A DNA stretch of 64,000 nt from Macrostomum lignano (taxonomy: Eukaryota), in contig NIVC01002667.1 in NCBI GenBank assembly GCA_002269645.1, forward strand, positions 27,795 to 91,794, read 5' to 3'. Below, in pieces: positions 1-12,465 of this stretch (position 1 is its first letter; the number at the start of each line of letters is the position of its first letter). The notes below the pieces were generated by a model. The model did not search any database. It had not been told where the DNA came from and worked only from the letters and a program-made list of their open reading frames with translations. The position numbers were made by a program, and so were the translations under genes.

Positions 1-495
1 GCCGAGTCGGCCGCCCTACTCGAGGAGACCTTCGCCGTCACCATCCGGGCCGCGGCGCTGTACGCGGACGCCGAGGAAGACGACGACGAGATTTCCGCCG
101 CCGGCGCTTCTTCCTCTGTTGACGCCGGCGCCGCCAACGCCGTCGTTGAGGTCGAATCCTCGACGACAACCCGGTGCGGCCCGGCGTCCGCCATGACACC
201 GCACGAATACGAGCTGGCCGAGCGTCGGCGGCCTCTGTTCGAACCGTCGGCGTCGAGGCGGCGCCTGGCTGACCGAGCCTGGACGGAGGCGGAGGACCGG
301 GCGATCCTTCAGCACTGCCAGGCCAACGGCTTCTCCTCCGGCGCTTTCCGCTGCCTGAGCGAGCGCCTGCTGGACAATCGTACGGTTGAAAGCGTCCGGC
401 AGCGCTTCCGCTTGCTGATGCGCTCCTACCTGGCCGCCCAGGGCGCCGAGTACTCCACCTCCGATATGGACGAATTGAGCGACTGCGACGAGTGA
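1..495 (+). CDS. 3' terminal coding exon (partial) of a protein ending in a GON4L/CASP8AP2(FLASH)-type SANT/Myb-like domain
   Basis: Frame is open from base 1 to TGA at 493-495. The C-terminal WTEAEDRAILQHCQANGFSSGAFRCLSERLLDNRTVESVRQRFRLLM matches the WTRxxDRxIL..CQ..G....F..I...L.NKT..EV..RF..LM pattern I recall for GON4L/FLASH. It is preceded by an acidic low-complexity stretch. Confidence 0.75.
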   Translation, partial: AESAALLEETFAVTIRAAALYADAEEDDDEISAAGASSSVDAGAANAVVEVESSTTTRCGPASAMTPHEYELAERRRPLFEPSASRRRLADRAWTEAEDRAILQHCQANGFSSGAFRCLSERLLDNRTVESVRQRFRLLMRSYLAAQGAEYSTSDMDELSDCDE

Positions 496-584
496 CCCGA
501 GTCTCGGATACGAACTGTGACGTACTTTTATTGATGTACTTTCCGTTCTAATGGTCTGTTTCATCTGTGTCATCACTCTGTTTC

Positions 585-1085
585 AGGCCGATTTCAATCT
601 AGTTTATGAAGGCCGATTTCAATCTAGTTTATGAAGGCCGATTTCAATCTAGTTTATGAAGGCCGATTTCAATCTAGTTTATAAAGGCCGATTCCAATCT
701 AGTTTATAAAGGCCGATTTCAATCTAGTTTATAAAGGCCGATTTCAATCTAGTTTATAAAGGCCGATTTCAATCTAGTTTATAAAGGCCGATTTCAATCT
801 AGTTTATGAAGGCCGATTTCAATCTAGTTTATGAAGGCCGATTCCTAGCTAGTTATGAAAGCCGATTCCTAGCTAGTTATGAAGGCCGATTCCTAGCTAG
901 TTATGAAAGCCGATTCCTAGCTAGTTATGAAGGCCGATTCCTAGCTAGTTATGAAAGCCGATTCCTAGCTAGTTATGAAGGCCGATTCCTAGCTAGTTAT
1001 AACGGCTGATTCCTAGCTAGTTATGAAGGCCGATTCCTAGCTAGTTATGAAGGCCGATTCCTAGCTAGTTATGAAGGCCGATTTC
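585..1085. repeat. Minisatellite, 25-bp unit GGCCGATTTCAATCTAGTTTATGAA switching at about 836 to 24-bp unit GGCCGATTCCTAGCTAGTTATGAA
   Basis: Units read directly from the sequence; about 10 copies of each type. Confidence 0.95.
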
Positions 1086-1639
1086 TGAAGTTTTTTTAAG
1101 GCTGATTCCTAAAAATTTATTTAGGCCGATTTAAAAATCCTCAAAAGTTCTATTATTACTCTTGTAGTTTTGCGACCCCAAATCAAGCACTTCGGTTGAT
1201 AATTGTGTTGCTGTGTCTGCTGCACTATTTACAGTTAAACTGAATGCGCCACTTAATATCGCGTTTGTTAAGTCACTCCGTGTGGTCTGTTAACATGCTG
1301 ATAGCGCGAGTGCGAGACCGTTTATGCAATTTATAATCTTTTTGCCCTTATTGTTATTCAGGTTTAAATAGAAAGCATTTTTCTGCAATAGTAACGAGCA
1401 GCTCTTTGTGCATTGAGTCTGTCTGTGTGTGCTCAATTGTATCCAGCTGACGCTCCTCACTGAGTCCCAGAGTGCTGACTGATAATTCCGTCATATTCTT
1501 TTCGTTGTCAATACATTTTACATTGTTCATCCCTCTTGTACTCTGTTGCATATTGCATCTGTACAAGCGTCATTTCAATTCAGTTCTATTCAAAATAGAA
1601 AAAAGACTCAAAAGGTGGAAAATACAGACACAAGAATTG

Positions 1640-3975
1640 ATAAAATTGACACAAGTATAGATGGAAAGGACAGACAAGTATGTCCTTGTCCTTGGAAAGG
1701 ACAGACACAAGTATAGATGGAAAGCACAGACACAAGTATAGATGGAAAGCACAGACACAAGTATAGATGGAAAGGACAGACGAGTATAGATGGAAAGGAC
1801 AGACAAGTATAGATGGAAAGGACAGACACAAGTATAGATGGAAAGGACAGACACAAGTATAGATGGAAAGGACAGACAAGTATAGATGGAAAGGACAGAC
1901 AAGTATAGATGGAAAGGACAGACAAGTATAGATGGAAAGGACAGACAAGTATAAATGGAAAGGACAGACACAAGTATAGATGGAAAGGACAGACAAGTAT
2001 AGATGGAAAGGACAGACACAAGTATAGATGGAAAGGACAGACACAAGTATAGATGGAAAGGACAGACACAAGTATAGATGGAAAGCACAGACACAAGTAT
2101 AGATGGAAAGGACAGACACAAGTATAGATGGAAAGGACAGACAAGTATAGATGGAAAGGACAGACAAGTATAGATGGAAAGGACAGACACAAGTATAGAT
2201 GGAAAGGACAGACAAGTATAGATGGAAAGCACAGACACAAGTATAGATGGAAAGCACAGACACAAGTATAGATGGAAAGCACAGACACAAGTATAGATGG
2301 AAAGCACAGACACAAGTATAGATGGAAAGCACAGACACAAGTATAGATGGAAAGGACAGACACAAGTATAGATGGAAAGCACAGACACAAGTATAGATGG
2401 AAAGCACAGACACAAGTATAGATGGAAAGGACAGACAAGTATAGATGAAAAGCACAGACACAAGTATAGATGGAAAGGACAGACACAAGTATAGATGGAA
2501 AGGACAGACACAAGTATAGATGGAAAGGACAGACACAAGTATAGATGGAAAGCACAGACACAAGTATAGATGGAAAGCACAGACACAAGTATAGATGGAA
2601 AGGACAGACACAAGTATAGATGAAAAGCACAGACACAAGTATAGATGGAAAGCACAGACACAAGTATAGATGGAAAGCACAGACACAAGTATAGATGGAA
2701 AGGACAGACACAAGTATAGATGGAAAGCACAGACACAAGTATAGATGGAAAGCACAGACACAAGTATAGATGGAAAGGACAGACAAGTATAGATGGAAAG
2801 GACAGACAAGTATAGATGGAAAGCACAGACAAGTATAGATGGAAAGGACAGACAAGTATAGATGGAAAGGACAGACAAGTATAGATGGAAAGCACAGACA
2901 CAAGTATAGATGGAAAGCACAGACACAAGTATAGATGGAAAGGACAGACGAGTATAGATGGAAAGGACAGACAAGTATAGATGGAAAGGACAGACACAAG
3001 TATAGATGGAAAGGACAGACAAGTATAGATGGAAAGCACAGACACAAGTATAGATGGAAAGCACAGACACAAGTATAGATGGAAAGGACAGACGAGTATA
3101 GATGGAAAGGACAGACAAGTATAGATGGAAAGGACAGACACAAGTATAGATGGAAAGGACAGACACAAGTATAGATGAAAAGCACAGACACAAGTATAGA
3201 TGGAAAGGACAGACGAGTATAGATGGAAAGGACAGACAAGTATAGATGGAAAGCACAGACACAAGTATAGATGGAAAGCACAGACACAAGTATAGATGGA
3301 AAGGACAGACGGGTATAGATGGAAAGGACAGACAAGTATAGATGGAAAGGACAGACACAAGTATAGATGGAAAGGACAGACAAGTATAGATGGAAAGGAC
3401 AGACACAAGTATAGATGGAAAGGACAGACACAAGTATAGATGGAAAGGACAGACACAAGTATAGATGGAAAGGACAGACAAGTATAGATGGAAAGCACAG
3501 ACACAAGTATAGATGGAAAGCACAGACACAAGTATAGATGGAAAGGACAGACGAGTATAGATGGAAAGGACAGACAAGTATAGATGGAAAGGACAGACAA
3601 GTATAGATGGAAAGGACAGACACAAGTATAGATGGAAAGCACAGACACAAGTATAGATGGAAACCACAGACACAAGTATAGATGGAAAGGACAGACGAGT
3701 ATAGATGGAAAGGACAGACAAGTATAGATGGAAAGGACAGACACAAGTATAGATGGAAAGGACAGACAAGTATAGATGGAAAGCACAGACACAAGTATAG
3801 ATGGAAAGCACAGACACAAGTATAGATGGAAAGCACAGACACAAGTATAGATGGAAAGGACAGACAAGTATAGATGGAAAGGACAGACACAAGTATAGAT
3901 GGAAAGGACAGACGAGTATAGATGGAAAGGACAGACAAGTATAGATGGAAAGGACAGACACAAGTATAGATGGAA
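1640..3975. repeat. Minisatellite, 25/23-bp unit CAGAC(AC)AAGTATAGATGGAAAG(G/C)A
   Basis: About 95 interspersed copies of two length variants. Explains the 797-809 aa minus-strand ORFs. Confidence 0.97.
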
Positions 3976-4730
3976 ACGACAGACACACAGTTCCCATGCG
4001 ACCGCCCGCCCTCACCCAGCCAGTTCACTATAGATTTTCAAACTTATCTCCATGCAGTTTCAACGCAGCAGCCGTGTGAGGGATTGGGAGCGCGCACAGC
4101 TGGCTCTCCTATTCAGATTCCTAGGTTGAAAATCGAAATGTGCTGCTGCTGGGATGGAAGCGCTTAACTAAGGCTTGGAGAGAAAAATGGCTGCTGGCTC
4201 TCTCCCTGCTTGACCTTTTCTTCGCTACTACCGTGGAGGCAGAGCCCGCGGGCCTCCAGCCCGCCAGCCCTCTAGCTGTACACGGAAGTCGGGAAAGTTG
4301 ATGACTTTAGAAGCTGTGTCATCCCTTGCCATTTTGTTCGCCTTAAACCCTGCCTTACGTGGAACGGTCGCGTTGTTAAAAAAGAATATAATAATAGTAC
4401 ATTGTGCACACGAGGGCGGAAAGCCTTCCAACTAACTTCTGCCAGGTGCGAAAGTGACTTCAGTAGGATTGGGTTTTGGGAACTGTGCTGGTATAGCTGA
4501 CATTCTTCTGTGTTTATCTCGTTTCAAACGCAGCTCACACACAGGACTTTTCTCAACTTCGAAGAGTCCCCGAATGAGGCGTAGACATAGATCTTAGGTT
4601 GCAGGTCAAGGTCGTGCACCATCAGGCATATACGCTCGTACACGCTAAGGACCTTGGAAAGGTTGGTCTGAAAGCAGGCGAGGTTTGAAAATTGTTGCAG
4701 GAGCTCTGAGACTGGAGCTCCAAATTAAAG

Positions 4731-4812
4731 TGGCCCACGCGCGGAATCGAACCCGGGTACGTTAGGCGCAAGAGCCAAGCGCGTTTACGTCCGAACTGCT
4801 CCCAGCTGGGCC
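4731..4812 (-). mobile_element. Degenerate tRNA-like head, probably of a tRNA-derived SINE whose body continues toward about 4400
   Basis: Minus strand reads GGCCCAG...GGTTCGATTCC...TGGGCCA: B box plus a 6-bp acceptor-like stem, but mismatched T stem and no clean anticodon arm. It is followed by CACTTTAATTTGGAGCT, similar to CACATTAATTTGGGGCT in the SINE at 24571. Confidence 0.5.
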
Positions 4813-6452
4813 CCTGCCGAGACACTATATAAAGGTAGTGTGAAAAATAGCTCCATTTTGCATTATGCTACTTTTTAGTAGCCGTAGTGAAATTTAAGTC
4901 TTAGCTCGTACCCGGTTTCGAAATTACATATGATATCTAATTCAAAACAAGTATTGGGTTGCGGCCTAGTGCAAATTAGGCGACTCATGCCTGACTGTAG
5001 CTTCCGTCAGAATTGGCTGAGGCAATAACAGCAGTTCTTCGATGGTCCTAGTCCTAGCCTCCACCTGCAGGGCCGAGCGGCCATGTAATGCTTATGGCTC
5101 AATAAGACCAATAATATAGTCGATTCTGATTCCACAACCATTCCAGAACCATTTAGAAAAGCAAAACGTTTAACCGTTATCTGTTTATAACTTTTTAGAG
5201 GTGGAGACGTACAGTATTGATTTCTTACTTCACCACGTACTTTTTATATGGCTAAAATACTGTATATTAGAACAGAAGCTGGTGCTGTTGTACTGATTAT
5301 TCTTAGATGATTCTGGTTCTGATAATCGCAACGTTTCGAAGATTCCGCAATTATTTGTCTTCTAGAACCGGTACTTAAAACAAAGTTACATGTATATTAT
5401 ACATTTATTGCTATACAAACGCACACTCAATTAGACTCTGGGAGTAGAAAATACTATTTTTTATAAACAAGCATTATCTAAGTTGCTTAATTGGAGTTTA
5501 TATTCGAATTTAGTGTACGCACACGCGTCACACAATTCGGAGCTTAAAATTCATATTGCTTGTTCCGTTTTCAGAACTGTGTTCTGGTTCTGGAATTGGG
5601 ATCGGGAAATTTTCTCGATCCTTTGTCATGTTTTCACTGTAACATTAAATAATATTTAAAATCGTCTTCTTTTCACTATTATTATCAATATTTTTTGTCA
5701 TATCTAGGAGTAAACAAAGTCAAAGAAAGACAAGGGGACAAGATTAAAATTACAACTGTAAAGACTGAAAAAACATTTAAAATAGGTTCGACACTCTTTA
5801 TTTTCCTATCCTACTCAAGAACTAAGCCTAATCAAGTAAATTTTTGACTTTTTGAAAAGCATTTTATTTTTGTACCAGGCATAAAAATAAATTTCATTAG
5901 GTTTAATAAAGTCAAAAATTTAGTATAAATAAATTCATTTTCAGTGAGAGAGAGCCCAGTCATTTTAAGCTTGGCTTGACTTCGAATTAGCATTGCAATT
6001 GAAAAAGAAGTGGCCAATGAGTTAAAAAATATCTAAAAAAGTATTCTCCAATTTGATTTATTTTATGATAGTAAAGTAGAAGGAACTGTGTGCTGTATAT
6101 ATTACTGATGTGATAAGTAGAGCATCTAATGAAAAAGAATACAAAGTAGATATGCATATTGCATAATAATATACATAGAATACAGAGGCCATGACCCTCT
6201 AATCTTGGGAATGCCCAGGACTAGAAGTAGGCCTAATATATGCAGTATGTATACTAGTAATAATAACAATATACTGCTTAGGCCATATTTAGGGGGCCTA
6301 AATATATTGCTACTAGAACTAGTAAAAATGCTAGCAGCAGAATAATAATGCTACCAGTAAGAGATTTTCTTTTAAATTAGATAAGTTTTTTAATTCAAAG
6401 TAATTTTATAAAAAGCCTATAGCAATTAAAATGGCTAGATACTCGTACTCTA

Positions 6453-7028
6453 CCAGGTTGCGGATAGTATGCATGTACGCCGGAACTTTTCCGGCGTACA
6501 AAATGGCCACCCTCAGTCCTTGGCGTACACAATCGGCGTACACAACCCCTGGCGCACTTTGTTGGCGTACACTATTGGCGTACACAAGTAACACAGCCAC
6601 GTATACTTTTTTGGCGTACAAATTTTGGTGAATCAATTCATGCCATACATGAAAATTGTAATGTAAATTAATGTTTTTACGTAAAGTAAAGGAAAATTTA
6701 TATCATCAGTGATAAACTTTTTGCTTATTTTAAGTTAAAAAAAAATAAAATTAGTGTAAAATTTTGCTGAAAGTATTAACTTTGCATGATATTTTTTGTA
6801 GGTGTTATTTAAGTTTGTTTAAACTGACAATATTCGTAATATTTTAGACACTTTTCATACGAAAGCCTTTCCTAGAAAACTCTACTCGTGAAAACCGAAT
6901 GACCCTTTTTTTAGGAATTTTTGGTGTACATTTTAGTGCAACTTTTTGTTTTTGGCGTACACTGGCGTACAAAGTCCTTGACGCCCGAATTTTTTCCGGC
7001 ATACACGGGTACATGATCCGCACACTGG
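6453..7028. mobile_element. Non-autonomous TIR DNA transposon (MITE-like) with 8-bp TSD, hAT-like
   Basis: GTACTCTA at 6445-6452 and 7029-7036. Ends CCAGGTTGCGGAT... and ...ATCCGCACACTGG form an imperfect inverted repeat extending about 50 bp. At least eight subterminal GGCGTAC motifs; AT-rich non-coding core. Confidence 0.8.
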
Positions 7029-8094
7029 GTACTCTAATATTCTTAGTTGCTAAAAACTTAATATAATTATGCATTAATATTTTTGAGCTATAGTTTTATT
7101 TTTATTTAAAATGAGAATAATTCATATTATTTTAAGACATGTTTTGTAAGAAAGTTTTCTTAGGAAACTAACTTGCAAAGTCAAATGACTTTTTAAGGAG
7201 AAATTTCAGTGTACCAACTACCATTATTTTTTCTGGCATAATATATTGCACCATTTGGACTATAGACTCTGAGCTAAAAGAGCAAAGTATTAATATATAC
7301 TTTAAAAAAAAGTCATGTTATGTTGCTAAAAATTGCTATTTCCATTAAAAAAGGCCACACAGATATGGGTCCTATAAAACTCTTTTATCTTAAGGCACTA
7401 TGCTCTATGGGCTTCTAGATAGGAAGCCACCAATGCTATATACCTCATTGCTATTTAGGTAAAAGATTTTGCAAGCTATTCTAATGAGGTGCAATATGCC
7501 TAAGGTAATTGGCAAAATGCCTATCTGGAAAAGTATATATAGAACTAACTGGCTAACAAGGCATTTAGAGTTAATAATATAGTTATAGTTACTCCTGCCA
7601 TTTACCCAAAGTTATGTTAATTTTGCTTAGGTTTCTTTCATAGGTAAGTTGCATTTTTGGTTAATGTAAAAGTCCCATGGCTGATATAAATCAGGGGGTT
7701 TGCGCATGTATACTGATTACCATATGCTCATAGCATGCAATGTTGTCACAATATTCACATTAAGTTCAGCTAATGGCTAGTCAAAATAAATTCATATTAA
7801 TGAGTGATTGCCTTGATAGTTTGTTAATTAAAAGGGATACAACCTAGGGACACCACATGGTGGAAATATGTATGTATATAAATATGTATACATATGTATG
7901 TATGAAGGCAACAAAATATCAACTTGTTAGTTAGTCAACCTGGTCTATTTCATCACTTGATTATGTATGGATACCTTAAATTAGGTCATTCTGCATAAGT
8001 TATGATTTATAGACTAAAGAAGTTTCTGTAAAAGTCATTCAACATTCGTTCTCCATTCACACTGCAGTGCTAGTCCACCCCACACAACAACAAA

Positions 8095-9087
8095 ATGAAC
8101 ATCTTTCGCCTCATTGGCGACATGAGCCATCTGGCTGCTATTCTGATCTTGCTGGCCAAAATCTGGCAAACCAGATCTGTCAGCGGGATATCGGGCAAAT
8201 CTCAAGTGCTGTTTGGTCTGGTGTTTCTAACTCGCTATCTGGATTTGTTCACCAGCTTTGTGTCCATCTACAACAGCGTTATGAAGGTGAGATTAGAGCA
8301 GTCAGGTGTGATCCTTAGCTCACTGCTGCCCCCTCCCTCAGCTCACTGTTATCCTCTCCTTCAGATCACTGCTATTCCCTCCTTCAGGTCACTGCTATCC
8401 CCTCCTTCAGGTCACTGTTATCCCCTCCTTCAGGTCACTGCTATCCCCTTCAGGTCACTGCTATCCCCTCCTTCAGGTCACTGCTATCCCCTCCCTCAGC
8501 TCACTGCTGCCCCCTCCCTCAGCTCACTGCTGCCCCCTCCCTCAGCTCACTGTTATCCACTCCTTCAGGTCACTGCAATCCCATTTTGGCTAAAATTCAA
8601 GAACTCAACCTTTTCTTACGCACCAAAATATCCCAAACAGATAGTGTTCATCTTCGCCACCTGGCTAACCGTGTCCCTAATCTATTGGAAATTCCGTTCC
8701 ACTTACGACGGCAATCACGACACGTTTCGAGCCGAACTACTAGTAGTAGTCTCCGCCGGCCTATCCGTGCTATTGAACCACCAGCTGGCCCCGCTGGAGG
8801 TGCTGTGGACTTTCAGCATCTACCTGGAGTCCGTGGCCATCCTGCCGCAGCTGTTTCTCATTAGCAAAACTGGGTCGGCAGACACCATCACGTCTCACTA
8901 CCTGTTCGGCCTGGGCTCCTACCGGGCTTTCTACATACTGAACTGGATCTACCGCTACATGGTTGAGGACTTCTTCGATCCTATCGCCGTGGTGGCTGGC
9001 TGCGTTCAGACCATCCTGTATGCCGACTTCTTCTATATCTACGTGACCAAAGTGGTTCGCGGAAAATCCACTCAGATTGAAGTTTAG
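8095..9087 (+). CDS. KDELR: KDEL/ER lumen protein-retaining receptor (ERD2), exons 8095-8286 and 8641-9087, 212 aa
   Basis: [60 protein letters not shown] and [13 protein letters not shown] are ERD2 signatures. Intron AAG|GTGAG...AAACAG|ATA is phase 0. Spliced CDS is 639 nt. Confidence 0.97.
   Translation: MNIFRLIGDMSHLAAILILLAKIWQTRSVSGISGKSQVLFGLVFLTRYLDLFTSFVSIYNSVMKVRLEQSGVILSSLLPPPSAHCYPLLQITAIPSFRSLLSPPSGHCYPLLQVTAIPFRSLLSPPSGHCYPLPQLTAAPSLSSLLPPPSAHCYPLLQVTAIPFWLKFKNSTFSYAPKYPKQIVFIFATWLTVSLIYWKFRSTYDGNHDTFRAELLVVVSAGLSVLLNHQLAPLEVLWTFSIYLESVAILPQLFLISKTGSADTITSHYLFGLGSYRAFYILNWIYRYMVEDFFDPIAVVAGCVQTILYADFFYIYVTKVVRGKSTQIEV
8325..8580. repeat. Degenerate pyrimidine-rich minisatellite (TCACTGCTATCCCCTCCTTCAGG-like) in the KDELR intron
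   Basis: Repeated TCACTG(C/T)TATCCCC and CTTCAGG motifs. Confidence 0.85.
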
Positions 9088-10629
9088 AGCGGGACAGATA
9101 ATCTCAACAATAAACTACCGAATTAAGGAGCAAATTAGACCGAAATTTCAATCGTATAAATTCGCTAATCGGATTCTTTTTTGTCTTCCCTGCTTAAGGT
9201 GTTGTCCGTACGTTTGACTCAAAAATCTTTATATATATTTCCTACTTGTTAGACTGCACTGAATTCTTAGAATCCAATACCCGAACTCGCTTTAATAGCA
9301 GTTGTGTCAAATATTGTTTTGTAATATGAGTTAAAACTAATAATATTCTTTTTATCATTAAATACACGATCAACTGTTTGTTTAAGTGCACTGGTTTCTT
9401 GGAAAGTATATTTATTCTTTTTCAAATTCCTCGCCGGTGTTAGCAGGCCAGTTTATCTCGCTAATCGCTGTGTAAAATACGAATGCGCTTCCCCTGTTTG
9501 CTCAGTTGGTGTCCAGTTGGTCTTTTCTCGATATAAGAAATTGGCTTTGATTTAATTTAGCTTCGCGCGGTCGCTCTACTCTTCCTTCCTCTGCGTTTCT
9601 AGTCCGTAATTGGAGTTTTTGTTTGTTTTTACAAATCCTGTTCGCTTCAGTCGCCTTATTATCTGCTCATTGATGGCATATCATTAGGCTTATATCGTCT
9701 CTTTATTGTTTTGCCTGAGTCGCTTTAGGAATTTGAATTATTTTAAATCTCAGAAGGCTCCCATTATCCCCACAGTGAGTAGTATGCAGTGCAAATTTAT
9801 TTATATAGAATGGACAGAATTCTCATTTGTCAGTTGTCACCACGTTGGTTGGCCTTGTGCGGTAACTGCTGCTACTTGTTAAAAGATTTGACTTTTTTAT
9901 TCTTCAAATTGGGTCGCTTGTTAACGATAGAACTACCCGAGGGTTAAATTGTGAATTGCACGACAACCCACCGTCCGATTTTCGAGCACAAGCCACAAAT
10001 GAATGTTGCTGCGCGCGGGTCTAATTTATTTTTTTTTTGTGTCTTGGCGCTTGCACTCAAATGCCGGTTCTGGAATCCTGCATGTCCTGTGGCCAATTCA
10101 AAGCCGGTGCATACTACTTACTGATTTTAAGTAGAAAAATCCAGACATTGTCGCCGCAGCGGGGCCCGCTGGTCAGAGAGAGAGACAGTAAGCTTGAAAG
10201 CTTTGCAAGCAAGGTGCTTCAAGTCGCTATACTTAAATTCCGTTCATTCCATATTTTCTATATCTGGTAATCCTATCTGCGCCCCTTGGCGTTGCCTTGT
10301 TGCGAATTCCCTTTGCCAGCGGAAACTCTCTCTCTCCGCCTCTCGGTTTGGTTTCCAAGGCGTTGCGGCGTCCGTCCAAGGAGACTTTGAAACTTGAACC
10401 AAGGTCTAGATTGCCAATTCTTCCCTAAAACTAAAAAATGACTGCAGTTTTCTGCCAAGTTTTAAAAGCCCTTCGAAGAAATTTCGATGTCACCACTTTT
10501 ATTTTTTAGATTTGCGCAGTCTTGATGTGGTATAGTTTTTATTCAGACATTTGACGGTTTGTTGCCGGCATAATATTAGATGATTGCGGCTAAAATCTTA
10601 GGAGCTTCATAATTTCCCTTTGATATTTG

Positions 10630-10950
10630 CAAAATCTTTGTATGTGGCGCTAAATTGGCGCTGAAATCTTGTGTGTGGCGCTAAATTGACGCTAGAATCT
10701 TTGTCTGTGGCGCTAATTAGCGCTAAAATCTTGTATGTGGCGCTAAATTGATGCTAAAATCTTTGTCTGTGGCGCTAAATTGGCGCTAAAATCTTGTATA
10801 TGGCGCTAAATTGACGCTAGAATCTTTGTCTGTGGCGCTAAATTAGCGCTAAAATATTGTATGTGGCGCTAAATTGACGCTAGAATCTTTGTCTGTGGCG
10901 CTAAATTGGCGCTAAAATCTGTATGGGCGCTAAATTAGCGCTAAAATCTT
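10630..10950. repeat. Minisatellite, 31-33-bp unit GTGGCGCTAAATT(GA/AG/GG)CGCTA(G/A)AATCTT(T)GT(C/A)T
   Basis: About 10 copies visible. Confidence 0.92.
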
Positions 10951-11959
10951 CTGTGCTTGTAAAGTCTCACAGTCCAGAGAATATCAACTAAGAGTTGCAT
11001 AAATGTTTCAGTTTTAATAACTAGAAGCGGAAGAGCTATCAATGGCACACCAGATTCTGGCTGAAGACCTCCTTGACTTGAAGCGGCGCGCAAAGCAAAC
11101 AAGGCTCTGTTTGTTTAGAATGGGGGGAGGGGGGAAGCCGGGGCTCCGAAGCCAGGCCGAGAGACTGAGTGGAAACTTTCCCCGTCAAGTGACAACTTCA
11201 GCTTCCCAACTCTTTAAAGAATTCTATGCATCGTATAGAGACAGACAGACGGATAGAGTAGGTGGAAGGTATTAAGGAGCGATATAATATGTATATATAT
11301 GAAATAATTTGGGATTTCGCGGGCCCTGTCTTGCCTGCCTGCCCATCAGGCGCCGCATGGCTGAAGGAAAACAGGCGGCTCGGCGTGTGTCCGATCGAGG
11401 CCGGTGCAGCGGGGCCAGGGACCACCCTTAGCCTGGCTTCATGCTGCTGTTGCGTGTGTGGGATTCGGGATTGCCGAGTTGAAACTGCCGCTCAGCGGGG
11501 CGTCTTCATACCGCGTTCTGCGTCCCGCATTAAAGATCTTCCACGTTGCTCTCTTCGAATTTCTGCATCTCTCTCTCCATGCTTTCAGGGTGCTGCTCTG
11601 TCCTGCTGATATGGCAGAAAAGTGAAGTGGAGACAAACCTGGCTTGGAAGGATTAAGTGACTGATTATGAAGGTGCACCGATTTTTTATGTAGCGTCCTT
11701 AATTCGATTCTGCGAAGATTGTCTGCCCTGTTGACTTGCTAAACTGCTCGATGCGCTGGAGTTGTAGCGAACATGGCTCGTGGCCCGAATTCTGTGTCGA
11801 CTGCCTCCCGCAACTGTAGCAACATTTTTTCGCGCTTAGCTGATTAAATTGTTCGAATTTCATTGAAAAGAATATGCCGGTTTTTTACACTTAGCTCCCA
11901 TTTTGTAGGGGATTCTGGTTGGAAATGTCTCGTCCCACTGCACATTAGTGAGTCTTAAG

Positions 11960-12236
11960 TATGACTGACTGACTAACTAACTAGCTAACTAACTAACTAA
12001 CTAACTGCCTAACTAGATAACTGACTAACTAACTAACTGCCTAACTAGATAACTGACTAACTAACTAACTAACTAACTAACTGACTGACTAACTAACTGA
12101 CTAACTAACTAACTAACTAACTGCCTAACTAGATAACTGACTAACTAACTAACTAACTAACTAACTGACTAACTAACTGACTAACTAACTAACTAACTGC
12201 CTAACTAGATAACTAACTAACTGACTAACTAACTAG

Positions 12237-12278
<42 letters not shown>

Positions 12279-12341
12279 GACTAACTAACTATAGCTAGCT
12301 AACAATCTAACTAACTAACTAACTAACTAGCTAACTAACTG

Positions 12342-12393
<52 letters not shown>

Positions 12394-12405
12394 GCTAACT
12401 AACTG

Positions 12406-12450
<45 letters not shown>

Positions 12451-12465
12451 TTAACTAACTAACCA
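11960..12465. repeat. (ACTA)n compound microsatellite
   Basis: ACTA runs with ACTG, GCTA and GATA interruptions. Confidence 0.97.

Noticed and set aside
1570-4028. Three ORFs of about 800 aa on the minus strand
   Set aside because: Translations of the 23/25-bp minisatellite; all three frames are open and give permutations of the same peptides.
4731-4812. Functional tRNA gene
   Set aside because: The T stem has two mismatches, there is no clean anticodon stem or typical D arm, and no T-run terminator follows; treated as a SINE-like head.
5880-6040. Possible hAT transposase C-terminal remnant (ISIAIEKEVANEL)
   Set aside because: Short AT-rich match interrupted by stops; not distinguishable from chance without a search.
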